64,000 bases of DNA from Candidatus Multivoradales bacterium (GCA_965223325.1 CBDCWI010000002.1:1312001-1376000), one strand, 5' to 3'; counted from the stretch's first letter, positions 40,417 through 50,412 are shown. Program-made: numbers and translations. The notes: a model not told the origin generated them from the letters alone.

Positions 40417-41779
40417 AGGGGCGCCCTTCTCGCCCTAGCCTCGCCTTTACGATCTCTTTATCGTTACGGGCGATGATGTGCCCGTTGGCGTAGGCAGGGT
40501 GTGACCAGTTGACCTGGGCGTCTTGCCAGCGGCGGGGGCCGTAGCCGGCGCTGGAGGTTGGTTCGATCAACTTGGTGCGATCGATCTCGCGGTAGCCCTC
40601 GCGGGTTAGGCTGGCGAGGATGAGGTCGCCGGTGTCGTTGTTGACCAGCCACTGGTCTCCGAGCTGCACCATGAAGGCTGAGCCCCAGCGACCCTGCCGG
40701 GTCATCTTATCGCTGGACCAGAGGCGTTCGCCGGTCTCGAGGTCCAGGGCTCGCAGTTCGCCGTAGCTTCCGACGCCATAGATGGTGTCGTCGGTGAGAA
40801 CGGGGGTTGTGATCAACGAGTGCAGGCCCCTGGTCTCGTCGGGCATCTCGCTCTTGCCGCGAATCTTCCACACCACCCGAGCGGCCGGCTTCTCCTGGTC
40901 GAGCTCGAGAAGCAGCGAGCCGTAGTAGAACTGGGTGAAGAAGAGATGGTTGCCACGGTGGACTGGTGTGGCGACGGTCATGCCCATGCCGACGTCCCAC
41001 TCGACTTCCCAGAGGACCTCGCCAGTGGTCGGGGCGAGAGCACTCACCGCCTTCGGGTGCCAGATGATCAGCTGCTCGCGGCTCGCGGCCTCGACGACCA
41101 TTGGCTGGCCGTAGCCCATCTCCCAGTTCGAGGAAAGTGCACGCCAGACCTCATTGCCGGTCGCCTTGTCGTAGGCAATGACCTTGCCATCGGGTTCGGC
41201 CCCGGTGATCGCAATCAGGAGTTCGCCATCAACGAGCGGCGAGCTCGAGGTCCCCCAGATCGGGATCGTGCTGTCGTACTCGGCCACGAAATCGTGCTGC
41301 CAAAGAACGGTTCCGTCCGCGACCGACAGCGCCAGCAAATGCCCGACGGCGCCGACCACGAAAACCCGCTCGCCGTCAACGGTCGGCGTAGCTCTGGGGC
41401 CGGTGGCATAAGAGGCCTGAATCGCCGCATAGCTGACCGGCCATTCATGTGTCCACAGCACCTCGCCGGTCTCCTCGGAGAGCGCCATCAGACGCTCCGT
41501 CCCCTCCGCCCGCTTCGAAGAGTCGTCGCGGGCGTAGTCGAGAACGAATACCCGCCCATCTGCCACCGCCGGCCCAGCGAAACCGCTCCGAACCGGAGCC
41601 CGCCAGACGACCTCGAGCCCATCCTCGGGAAACGACTCGAGCACCCCGATCTCACGAATCACCCCGTCTCGCGCCGCACCCCGCCACTGCGGCCAGTCAT
41701 CCGCCAGAAGGGCCGACCCGGCAACCACAAAAACGAAAAGGAGAACGAAACCAAGGAGCGGCCGATCTAGTCTTCTCAT
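40415..41779 (-). CDS. PQQ-binding-like beta-propeller protein
   Basis: Signal peptide; DDWPQWRG..RDG; repeated TGEVLW blades; WSHPAYANG. Confidence 0.92.
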   Translation of the reverse strand: MRRLDRPLLGFVLLFVFVVAGSALLADDWPQWRGAARDGVIREIGVLESFPEDGLEVVWRAPVRSGFAGPAVADGRVFVLDYARDDSSKRAEGTERLMALSEETGEVLWTHEWPVSYAAIQASYATGPRATPTVDGERVFVVGAVGHLLALSVADGTVLWQHDFVAEYDSTIPIWGTSSSPLVDGELLIAITGAEPDGKVIAYDKATGNEVWRALSSNWEMGYGQPMVVEAASREQLIIWHPKAVSALAPTTGEVLWEVEWDVGMGMTVATPVHRGNHLFFTQFYYGSLLLELDQEKPAARVVWKIRGKSEMPDETRGLHSLITTPVLTDDTIYGVGSYGELRALDLETGERLWSSDKMTRQGRWGSAFMVQLGDQWLVNNDTGDLILASLTREGYREIDRTKLIEPTSSAGYGPRRWQDAQVNWSHPAYANGHIIARNDKEIVKARLGREGRP

Positions 41780-41867
41780 CGATCAAGCATACCGAGGACG
41801 CGAGAGACCACGAATCGGGACCAACGACCAGAAAGCACGAGCACAACCCCCAGGCCTCGAGTCAAGA

Positions 41868-42242
41868 GCACCAGTGCGAAACGTAAGTCGCCGAAGGCGC
41901 GCACACGAAAGTGCGATGTGCGAAGCACGAGCGCACCCCTGCAGGCCCAACAAGGCCTCGACAGGTGTCAAGTCGAAGGGCACCAGTGCAAAACGTAGGT
42001 CGCCGAAGGCGCGCACACGAAAGCGCGATGTGCGAAGCACGAGCGCACCCCCGCCCCAGCAAAGCCTGACACGGTGTCAGGTCGAAAGGGTGGGGGCGCA
42101 GGACGTGCGCCAGGGAGCGGTCAGCCGCCAACCATCAGCGCCAATCGTTCTCAACACTCAAACACTTCCACCAACCCGCACCACGCCCCAACCAAGGCCC
42201 GGCGCGGAAGGCGCACGTCCTGCGTCTCCACCCGGCCCTTTC
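41868..42242 (+). repeat. Dispersed repeat copy D: leader duplicated with a 112-bp period (41868-41939, 41980-42051) plus hairpin (42084-42242)
   Basis: GCACCAGTGC.AAACGTA.GTCGCCGAAGGCGCGCACACGAAAG.GCGATGTGCGAAGCACGAGCGCACCCC x2; arms GGGTGGGGGCGCAGGACGTGCGCC / GGCGCACGTCCTGCGTCTCCACCC. Confidence 0.92.
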
Positions 42243-42303
42243 CAAGACCCTCCCGGTCCCACCAAGAATCAACCCAATCCCGCCGAAACAGAGACGAACG
42301 AGC

Positions 42304-42368
42304 AAGCAGATCAAGTAAGCGAATCAAGCAAGCAGATCAAGAAAGCAGATCAAGAAAGCAGATCAACC
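42304..42368. repeat. 13-bp tandem repeat (AAGCAGATCAAGN) x5 overlapping a stop codon
   Basis: Read directly; the last units encode VDLLS-stop of the M20 gene. Confidence 0.9.
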
Positions 42369-43603
42369 AACGTCAACGCCATGACCTTGCAAGCATCAAC
42401 CATGTCAGCGACGCCCACCCATTCGTTGGGTTGGTGAGCCTGCTCCAAGATCCCCGGCCCGTAGGCCACACAGTGGTGCACTCCGCCGATCTTCGAAAAG
42501 TGCTTCTGGTCGTAGGTTCCCGGACTGGCAATCTGTGCCGCTTCGCGGCCCAGGACCGCTTCGATGTTCTTCGCCAGCGACGCCACCAGCGCCGAACCCT
42601 CTGGCGTCTGCGTCGGGTGGACCACCATCATGTCCTCGAGTTCGAACTTCCAGTCGGGATGCCGTGCCTCAACGCGAGCCAACAACTCGACGACCTCGGC
42701 GCGGGCCGCATCGAAACCTTCCTCGATCAAGAAGCGGCGATCGAAAATCGTTTCGCACCAATCGGCGACGCAGGGAGTCTGCGGGTCCTGGCCGCCCTGG
42801 CCACCGAGGACCGAGTTCACATTGATCGTCGCCTGCCGGGCCGCTTCAGGTACCACTGGCATCTCGCTGAAGCGCTTGGCTAGCTCTGGCTCGAGCTCTA
42901 AACGCACCGCCTCGAGGAGGGCGCCGGTCTCGGCAATGGCGTTCGTCCCCAGAAACGGCATCGACCCGTGGCCGATATGACCCCTTGCCGTGACCTTGAA
43001 CCAGTACACACCGCGATGGCCGACACAGATACGATCGACATTCAGCGGCTCGGGGATGATCGCGTAGTCGACGCGCTCAGAAGTCAAACGCCCGATCTCC
43101 GCCAGGTGCGCCACGCCGGCGAAGCCACCGCTCTCCTCGTCGACCGTGCCACTGATTTCGACACTGCCCCCGAGCTTTACGCCGGCGCGCTTGATCGCTT
43201 CGGCCGCATAGATTCCACAGGCCAGGCCGGCCTTCATGTCGGCGGAGCCGCGACCGTAGAGCCGACCGTCACACACCTCGCCGCTGAACGGGTCCATCGT
43301 CCACCCTGCACCGACCGGAACGACGTCGACGTGCCCGTTGATGTGAACCAGTGGCCGCGCCGCCCCGGCTTCGGCGAGGCCGACGACGTTGACACGAGGG
43401 TACTCCGCGCTGTGGCCGATACAGCCTTCGCCTACCGGGTAGTCGACCGCGTAGCCAAACGCGTCGAGCCGCTTGCCGATGTACTCGGCGCACTCGCGGT
43501 AACACTCACCGGGTGGGTTGACCGTCGGGATCTGGATCATCCCGGCGGCGAAATCAACGAGTTCGTCTCTCGCCTCTTCGACCGCTCTTAGAATCTCGTC
43601 CAC
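42350..43603 (-). CDS. ArgE/DapE-family M20 deacylase
   Basis: INGHVDVVP, YGRGSADMK, VDEESGG, GHGS, GPGILEQAHQPNE. Confidence 0.94.
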   Translation of the reverse strand: MDEILRAVEEARDELVDFAAGMIQIPTVNPPGECYRECAEYIGKRLDAFGYAVDYPVGEGCIGHSAEYPRVNVVGLAEAGAARPLVHINGHVDVVPVGAGWTMDPFSGEVCDGRLYGRGSADMKAGLACGIYAAEAIKRAGVKLGGSVEISGTVDEESGGFAGVAHLAEIGRLTSERVDYAIIPEPLNVDRICVGHRGVYWFKVTARGHIGHGSMPFLGTNAIAETGALLEAVRLELEPELAKRFSEMPVVPEAARQATINVNSVLGGQGGQDPQTPCVADWCETIFDRRFLIEEGFDAARAEVVELLARVEARHPDWKFELEDMMVVHPTQTPEGSALVASLAKNIEAVLGREAAQIASPGTYDQKHFSKIGGVHHCVAYGPGILEQAHQPNEWVGVADMVDACKVMALTLVDLLS

Positions 43604-43771
43604 CCGTCCTCCACAGCGGCTTCCTTTTTCGTTTACAGCTACGGCTCTCCACCCGCCCGCCGACGAGCACTGTGGATTGCCCTCAGTCTGCGAAATGTTG
43701 CGCTACCCTACCAGCGCCAACCTTTCGCCCGACGAATCACCAACACCGGGACCAACACCAGAAAGAGCAAC

Positions 43772-44566
43772 ATGGCGACACAGAACACAGGGGTGAACTT
43801 CGGGCTCGGTGGTCGCACCGTGGCAGTGATCGGAGCGGGATCAGGAATCGGCAAGGCGGTCGCCCGCGGATGCGGCGCGCAGGGTGCAACTGTTGTGTGC
43901 CTCGACCTCGATGGCGACGCGGCCCAGGCCACCGCCGATTCGGTCGACGGTGAGTCCTACGCCCAGACGCTCGACATCTGCGACGGCGACGCCACGACGG
44001 CCTGTCTCAATGCGATCGCCGACCAGCACGATGGCCTCGACGGGGTCGCCTGCACGCCGGCGGTCAACGTGCGCAAGCCGCTGCTCGACTACAGCGACGA
44101 GGAGTTCGACCGGGTGATCAACCTCAACCTCAAAGGCGGGCTGCACGTCTTCCAGGCCGCCGGTCGACGGATGGTGAAACAAGGGCGCGGGAGCATCGTC
44201 ATGTTCTCTTCGATTCGATCGCTGGTCGTCGAGCCCGGCCAGGGCATCTATGCAGCCACCAAAGCTGGCATCGCGCAGATGGTGCGCACCTTCGCCTCCG
44301 AGCTCGGGCCCAAGGGCGTGCGCGTCAATGCGGTGGCGCCCGGGGTCGTCGAAACGCCGCTGACCGGTCCGATCAAGGAGCAGAAGGACTGGTACGACGC
44401 CTATGCAAACCGCAACATCATGAAGCGCTGGGCTGACCCCTCTGAGATGGCCGGGCCAACGGTCTTTCTGCTCTCAGACGCCGCGAGCTACATCACCGGC
44501 AGCGTCTTGTTCGTCGACGGTGGCTGGACGGCGATCGACGGTCGCTTCACGCCGCCTGGAATGTAG
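43772..44566 (+). CDS. SDR-family oxidoreductase
   Basis: GAGSGIG, YAATK, VNAVAPG, VDGG. Confidence 0.94.
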   Translation: MATQNTGVNFGLGGRTVAVIGAGSGIGKAVARGCGAQGATVVCLDLDGDAAQATADSVDGESYAQTLDICDGDATTACLNAIADQHDGLDGVACTPAVNVRKPLLDYSDEEFDRVINLNLKGGLHVFQAAGRRMVKQGRGSIVMFSSIRSLVVEPGQGIYAATKAGIAQMVRTFASELGPKGVRVNAVAPGVVETPLTGPIKEQKDWYDAYANRNIMKRWADPSEMAGPTVFLLSDAASYITGSVLFVDGGWTAIDGRFTPPGM

Positions 44567-44574
44567 GCCGGAAT

Positions 44575-45669
44575 CTAGCTTCGCTGGGCGACTTCAGACT
44601 CGGTTTCGGAAACCAGGCTCCACAGTTCGTCGCCGCCGGCGTTCAATGCACGCTGGCCGAGGTACTCGTGCCAGAACGACTCGTTACCGTAGTCGTCGCG
44701 CCATACCCACAGGCGGCGGGTGAACACCTGAAGCGCATGCTCGCGCGTGAAGCCAATCGCACCGTGAACCTGGTGGGCGATGCGGGTGACTGGAGAAACC
44801 GCTTCGCTAGCGCGCGCCTTGGCAGCCGCAACCCGCAGGCGCTCGACCGGTAGGAAGAGCCCGGCGCAGGCGGCGTCGGCCGCCACCCCCACCGCTGCAA
44901 CCTCGGCCGCCAGCTGGGCGATCAAGTGCTGCACCGCCTGGAACCGGGCAATGGCGCGCCCGAACTGTTCGCGCCCCTGGGCGTAGTCGATCGAAAGATC
45001 GAGCACCCTCTCCATCGCACCGGCGATCATCTGCGAACGGGCCGCCGCGGCCAGGCGAAGAATGGCGAAGCGATCCACTCCATCGATTGCACTGAGGTCG
45101 CGCCAGTCCGATGCCGGCACTGTTTGAGTGCAGAGGTCCCAGAAAACCCGCGGCTCGCCCGCCAGGTTGCTCGCCTGCGAGTCTCTTGCCTCCGCGGGAC
45201 GGTCAAAGAGTGCCACTACGTCTCCACCCGGTGCCTCGGCAACCACGACCCAACTTGCGGCATCGGCCGGCCAAGACACCCAGGCGCTACCGACGAGGGC
45301 GAGACCATCGGAACGCTCGACAGCGGCAATCGACTGGCCCGCCTCTCCCAGAACGAGCGCCAACGGCCCGGATGGGACCTCGAGTCCGACCTGGGTCAGG
45401 AGCCAACGCGCGAGCATCGTTTCCGCGAGAGGAAGCGAAACACCAAACGCACCCGCCAGGCGAAGAGGCGCCAGCGCGTCTTTGAGCGCCACCCCGGAGC
45501 CACCGTGTTCTTCCGGAACGGCGGCGCTCGGCAGGCCGTTGTCTTCGATCGCCTGCCACATTGCAGCCGGGAAGACACCCGCTGCAATGGCCTCTTGCAC
45601 CTCATCTTCGGGAGCGTCGGCAAAGAGTCGCGCTGCGCTTTCGAGCAGCAACCGCTTCATCGCTTCCAT
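44575..45669 (-). CDS. Acyl-CoA dehydrogenase family protein (short subunit)
   Basis: VPEEHGGSG, REQFGRAIARFQAVQH, HQVHGAIGFTREH. Confidence 0.9.
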   Translation of the reverse strand: MEAMKRLLLESAARLFADAPEDEVQEAIAAGVFPAAMWQAIEDNGLPSAAVPEEHGGSGVALKDALAPLRLAGAFGVSLPLAETMLARWLLTQVGLEVPSGPLALVLGEAGQSIAAVERSDGLALVGSAWVSWPADAASWVVVAEAPGGDVVALFDRPAEARDSQASNLAGEPRVFWDLCTQTVPASDWRDLSAIDGVDRFAILRLAAAARSQMIAGAMERVLDLSIDYAQGREQFGRAIARFQAVQHLIAQLAAEVAAVGVAADAACAGLFLPVERLRVAAAKARASEAVSPVTRIAHQVHGAIGFTREHALQVFTRRLWVWRDDYGNESFWHEYLGQRALNAGGDELWSLVSETESEVAQRS

Positions 45670-45682
45670 CGCGCTCTCCTGC

Positions 45683-46858
45683 TCATCGCAGCCGCAGCCC
45701 GCGCGCGATGATCCCGCGCAGGATCTCGGTGGTGCCGCCCTGGATGGTGTACGCCGGCGCCGCGATGATGGCGCGCTCGAGAAGGGTTACGAAACGCCTG
45801 CTCCGTTCTTGATCGAGTCCGTCTTCACCGTTGCAGATCGAGCGCGCCGCCTCGGGCAGTGCCTGCTGAAACGCGGTCCCGAGATCTTTGACCAGAGCCG
45901 ACTCGACGGCTGGCAGCTCACCGCGCTCGAGCATGCCCGCCACCGAAAGCGAGGCCGTTCGCAAGGTCCACAGGCGCGACACCAGAGCACCGACCGTGCG
46001 TCTGGCGCCGCCGGAGGCACCGCTGCCCAGAAGGTCGATCAGCTCCCGCAGCAACCACAGGTTGGTGAGGAAGCGCTCGGGACCAGCGCGCTCGTAGGCG
46101 AGTTCGCTGGTGACTTGTGCCCAGCCGTTGCCGGGCTCGCCCAGAACGCAATCACCAGGTACGAAGACCTCCTCGAAAACCACTTCGTTGAAGTCATGAT
46201 CGCCGCGCAGATTGATCACCGGACGAACCGTGACGCCGGTACTCCCCAGGTCGACCAGCATCTGCGACAAGCCCGCATGACGATTGCGACCGTCGGGATC
46301 CGGCGCCTCCGTACGGCACAAGACGATGCACCAGTCGGCGCGGTGGGCACTCGAGGTCCAGATCTTGGTTCCCGAGAGCCGCCAACCGTCACCGTCGCGC
46401 TCAGCGCGGGTCCGAATCGACGCCAGATCAGACCCTGAGTCTGGCTCGCTCATGCCAATACAAAACGAAAGCCGGCCGGCTGCGATCTCTGGCAGCAGGC
46501 GCTCCTTCTGTTTCTTCTGGCCGAAGCGCAGGATCACCGGACCGCTCTGCCGATCGGCCACCCAGTGGAAGGCGGTGGGTGCACCGGCCGCCAGTAGCTC
46601 CTCGGTCACCACGTAGCGTTCGAGGTAGCTGCGCTCGTGGCCGCCGTAGGCCTTGGGCCAGGTCATGCCAATGAAGCCGGCGTCCCCGAGGGCGCGACTG
46701 AGCGCCGGGTTCCATCCACCCCAGGAGCGATCGTCCGGTTGCCAGGTGCCGGCTTCGCGTTCAGAGGTGAGCCGTGCACGCAGTGAGGCGCGCAGCGCTT
46801 CGGTGGACTCGGGAAGCGCAGTGAGGGGAAACCTGAGGTGGGTCGCGGGAGACTTCAA
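45683..46858 (-). CDS. Acyl-CoA dehydrogenase family protein
   Basis: WPKAYGG, GMSEPDSGSDLAS, GTKIWTS, FNEVVF, LAYER, TIQGGTTEI. Confidence 0.93.
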   Translation of the reverse strand: MKSPATHLRFPLTALPESTEALRASLRARLTSEREAGTWQPDDRSWGGWNPALSRALGDAGFIGMTWPKAYGGHERSYLERYVVTEELLAAGAPTAFHWVADRQSGPVILRFGQKKQKERLLPEIAAGRLSFCIGMSEPDSGSDLASIRTRAERDGDGWRLSGTKIWTSSAHRADWCIVLCRTEAPDPDGRNRHAGLSQMLVDLGSTGVTVRPVINLRGDHDFNEVVFEEVFVPGDCVLGEPGNGWAQVTSELAYERAGPERFLTNLWLLRELIDLLGSGASGGARRTVGALVSRLWTLRTASLSVAGMLERGELPAVESALVKDLGTAFQQALPEAARSICNGEDGLDQERSRRFVTLLERAIIAAPAYTIQGGTTEILRGIIARGLRLR

Positions 46859-46924
46859 GACCTTCGTCGCATCGGTGAAACGGTTGCAGACAACCTACCG
46901 CACCCGACCCGACGAACGATGCGC

Positions 46925-47956
46925 TCAGTCGCAGCGACGCAATCCGAAGGAACGACCCGGCAAGAGTTCAACCACCTGATCGGCCTGGTCGCTGAACAGA
47001 CCATCGACCTTGTAGACCTCGATGAAACGCCTGACTTCCGAGGCGAAGTCGTCGTGCCCCTTGCCCACCTGATCGGCGCGGAAGGTGTACGGGTGGACGG
47101 CCAGGCCACGCTCCTGGGCCGCGGCGACCATCGCGCGACCGCCGGTCGGCTCGCCGTCCTTCTCGATCAGAAGTTTGCTCGGGCCAATACCGTGGGCGTA
47201 GGTGGCGATGCGATCGAGACCTTCCGGGGTGACCATCGCTTGGCCTTCGGTCCCGTCACCCATCAGCTGGATGAGAGGCAGGTCGGTTCCCATCTCGCGC
47301 ATCTCGATCAGGTTGCCGGGCTCGAAGGACTGCACGAAGACGGCGGCGTCGGGGCCCTGGTAGCCATACTCGGCGAGCACTCGCAGCAGCTCCTTTTCGA
47401 GTTCTAGCCCCTCCCGATCATGAAAACTCGGCCCCTTGGTCTCGGGATAAACCCCCACCGAGCAGCCCGATTGGCGGTTGAGCTCCTGCACCATCTCGAC
47501 CACCTCGATGAAGGTGGGAACCTGAAAGCCCTTGCTGTCGGTGCGAAAGCGCTTACCGAAGACGGCCCGACCGAGCCGATCACGGCGCTCGGAGACGGCG
47601 AGTCGTTTGACCTCTTCGAGAGTGAAGTCGGCCGCGTAGTAGCGACCGTCGCCGCGTTTTCGGTCGGGGAACAAAAGAGCCACGTTGGTGGTGCTCTCGA
47701 GGTGAATGTCGTGCATGGCGATCAAATGACCGTCTCGCGTCATCACCAGGTCGGGTTCGATGAAGTCTGCTCCGAGGGCGTAGGCCAGGGCGTAGGAAGG
47801 CAACGTGTGCTCGGGCAGGTAGCCCGAAGCGCCACGGTGGGCTATCACCAAGAAGTCGGATGCGTGAGCCATCGATGTCACCCCTAGCAGAAGGAGGAAA
47901 AAGAGGACGGGCGAACGGAACGAAGTGGGGGCCCGGCGAAGGAGTGAAGCGACCAT
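46925..47956 (-). CDS. glpQ: Glycerophosphodiester phosphodiesterase (GlpQ-like, exported)
   Basis: Signal peptide AHA; IAHRGASGYLPEHT, IEPDLVMTRDG, YPETK, QSFE, HPYTFR. Confidence 0.9.
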   Translation of the reverse strand: MVASLLRRAPTSFRSPVLFFLLLLGVTSMAHASDFLVIAHRGASGYLPEHTLPSYALAYALGADFIEPDLVMTRDGHLIAMHDIHLESTTNVALLFPDRKRGDGRYYAADFTLEEVKRLAVSERRDRLGRAVFGKRFRTDSKGFQVPTFIEVVEMVQELNRQSGCSVGVYPETKGPSFHDREGLELEKELLRVLAEYGYQGPDAAVFVQSFEPGNLIEMREMGTDLPLIQLMGDGTEGQAMVTPEGLDRIATYAHGIGPSKLLIEKDGEPTGGRAMVAAAQERGLAVHPYTFRADQVGKGHDDFASEVRRFIEVYKVDGLFSDQADQVVELLPGRSFGLRRCD

Positions 47957-47995
47957 GAAAGGAGCCTACCCCGTCGACGGTGCCGGCGCCCCCCG

Positions 47996-50179
47996 CTAGA
48001 GCAGCTCCTCGATCACCGACAGAAGCTCCTTGGGGCGGTAGGGCTTGGCGAGAAAACGGGTCTCGGCGTGCTGGTAGCTGCCGAGGTCGATATCGCAATC
48101 GGTGTAGCCCGAGACGAAGAGCACGTTGAGGTCGGCCCGTTGCTCTCGCAGCTTGACGGCGAGCTCGGGGCCGCGCATGCCCGGCATGACGACATCGGTG
48201 ACCAGCAGATCGATTGCGCCCAGATCGACCAGCGCAGAAAGCGCTTCGTCACCGCTGGCGGCGCTGGCGACTTCGAGACCGGCCCCTTCGAGCACTCGGC
48301 AGGTGAGTTGCCGAATCTCTTCCTGGTCTTCGACCAGAAGCACCCGACCGTGCTTCTCTGTGGGTCGGGCAGATTCAGAGAAGAACGACTCGACCTCGGG
48401 GCGCGGCGCCCGTCGCTCGAGACAACGCGGCAGCCAGAAGATGACCGATGTCCCGGACCCCTCGGAGCTTTCGATCGCCACCGCTCCATGCCCCTGGCGA
48501 GCTACGGCGTTGACCGAAGCAAGACCGAGACCTGTCCCCTGCCCCGCCTCTTTGGTGGTGAAGAACGGTTCGAGGGCGCGCCGCTTGGTCTCATCGCTCA
48601 TCCCCTCACCGGTATCGGTAACCACCAGAGAAACGTACTCACCCGGCACGACACCGTGGCGAGCGGCCGTCTCACCGTCGAACTCTCTGACCGCAGTGCG
48701 AATCGTCAAGCGCCCACCACGCCGCAACGCGTCACGCGAATTGGTGGCCAGATTGATCAAGACCTGGCCGAGCTGTGAGGAATTCGCCATCACCCAACAG
48801 TCGGCCTCGGCGAGGTCGACCTCGAGCTCTATCTCTTCAGAAACCAGGCTGCGAAGAACCGGACTGGCATCGCGTACCAGCTGGTTCAGGTCGACGAGTT
48901 CCTCCTCCTGATCATGACGACGACCGAAGGCCAGCAGGTGGTTGGTCAGCGTGCTGGCCTGCGACGCGGCGTCTTGAATCTGTTGCTGCGCTTCGCTCGC
49001 GTCAAGCAGCTCGGTCCAACCGTAGATCACGGTCAGGAGGTTCTTGAAATCGTGGGCGACCGAGCCGGCCAGCTGCGCCACTCCCTCGAGCTTCTGCACA
49101 TCGACCAGGCGACGGGCCGCGGCGCGCTCATCGTCGATGCGACGCACACCGAAGAAGATCCTCGGACGACCATCTTCTGCCTGGTAGCCGCCACCAACGA
49201 TTCTCACCCACGACCAGCCGCCATCCTGACGACGGAGGCGCAGTTCGGTGTGAACAGGATGTAGGCCGTCGCGCGCGATCGCCAGGCGATCGGCGTCGTC
49301 GGGATGGACGAGACTGGTGACCGACCTTCCGACCAGCATGTCGTTGTCGTAGCCGAGACTGTCTGGTCCGACGGCAACACCAACCTGTTCGATGGTTCCG
49401 AACTCGTCGCTTTCGAGAGCCAGGTCGAAGCCTGCCGCAGCCACCAACTCGAGACGCCGACGGGCGACGTCGAGCAGGCGGTCGGAGTGACTGCGATGAG
49501 CGATCTCTTCGTCGCGCATGCGCTCGCTCCACCAACTCACTCCACCGATCACTAGAAGAGCCAAGCACAGCGTGACCGCTTCAACGCTGGGTGCGTCGAC
49601 ATAGGAGGCGGCCTCTTGCATCCCGAGAATCGGATAGGACAGGTTGACCAGCACCACGACCAGAACTGCAGCGGCGATCGAGGTGACAAGGACTAGACGA
49701 CGGCCGGCGAGGATCGCCGCCAGGGGCGGCAGCATCACCAGAAAGGCGAGAAAGTAGGGGTCACCCGAGTGCATGAAGTCGACCCCGATGGCCGTCGCGA
49801 TCACGATGAGTCCGAGGCTCACCGCGCCGTCGATCGAACCGACGACGACGAGAAGGAGAAGCGCAACCCCGAAAACGATCAGGCCGCCGAGGTCGACCAG
49901 CGAGCGCAGCGACCCGACACCGTCCCGATGCACGACCAGATCGATGAGCGAGAAGAGGCAGGCACCGAGCAAGCCAACCAGCACCGCCTGACCGCGACGC
50001 CGTGCCTCCGGCGGGACCCGGCCCAGGGCACCGTCGAGCCAGCGAGCCAGCGCGCCTTTGCGCTCTTGCTTCTGAATCGGAATGCGCGTGCTCGTCAGGG
50101 CCGCGGCGACGACTCCTGAGGGATCGCGGCCGACGCGGTGCAGGCGCGACTGGGTTGACTCTTCTGCGGGAGGGTTCAT
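47996..50179 (-). CDS. Membrane hybrid sensor histidine kinase (PAS-HisKA-HATPase-REC)
   Basis: TM region; PAS (VHPDD); AHDFKNLL H-box; NLATNSRDA, DTGEG, PFFTTK, GTGLGL; REC with TDVVMPG and FLAKP. Start is uncertain. Confidence 0.92.
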   Translation of the reverse strand: MNPPAEESTQSRLHRVGRDPSGVVAAALTSTRIPIQKQERKGALARWLDGALGRVPPEARRRGQAVLVGLLGACLFSLIDLVVHRDGVGSLRSLVDLGGLIVFGVALLLLVVVGSIDGAVSLGLIVIATAIGVDFMHSGDPYFLAFLVMLPPLAAILAGRRLVLVTSIAAAVLVVVLVNLSYPILGMQEAASYVDAPSVEAVTLCLALLVIGGVSWWSERMRDEEIAHRSHSDRLLDVARRRLELVAAAGFDLALESDEFGTIEQVGVAVGPDSLGYDNDMLVGRSVTSLVHPDDADRLAIARDGLHPVHTELRLRRQDGGWSWVRIVGGGYQAEDGRPRIFFGVRRIDDERAAARRLVDVQKLEGVAQLAGSVAHDFKNLLTVIYGWTELLDASEAQQQIQDAASQASTLTNHLLAFGRRHDQEEELVDLNQLVRDASPVLRSLVSEEIELEVDLAEADCWVMANSSQLGQVLINLATNSRDALRRGGRLTIRTAVREFDGETAARHGVVPGEYVSLVVTDTGEGMSDETKRRALEPFFTTKEAGQGTGLGLASVNAVARQGHGAVAIESSEGSGTSVIFWLPRCLERRAPRPEVESFFSESARPTEKHGRVLLVEDQEEIRQLTCRVLEGAGLEVASAASGDEALSALVDLGAIDLLVTDVVMPGMRGPELAVKLREQRADLNVLFVSGYTDCDIDLGSYQHAETRFLAKPYRPKELLSVIEELL

Positions 50180-50412
50180 CGAGGGCGGGTGAGGAATGGC
50201 GGAAGAAGGAAGAAGGAACGAGAAGGGAGGGGGGACGCGGCGGGGGCGAAGTGGCCGGACGCCAACCGGCAACTTGTAATCCTACTTGATGATTCGGTCC
50301 ATATTTGACTAGTAATTCTCCATTTACGAGCCAAACTGTGCCAACCGAAGTCATTTCGGCATCTTCGCTCAAGAGCTCAGTCGCCGGCTCCAAGCCAGCG
50401 GCCTAGAGCTGC

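Noticed and set aside
50331-50345. Sigma-54 promoter on the minus strand (TGGCACAGTTTGGCT)
   Set aside because: The GG-to-GC spacing is one base short of the strict -24/-12 geometry.
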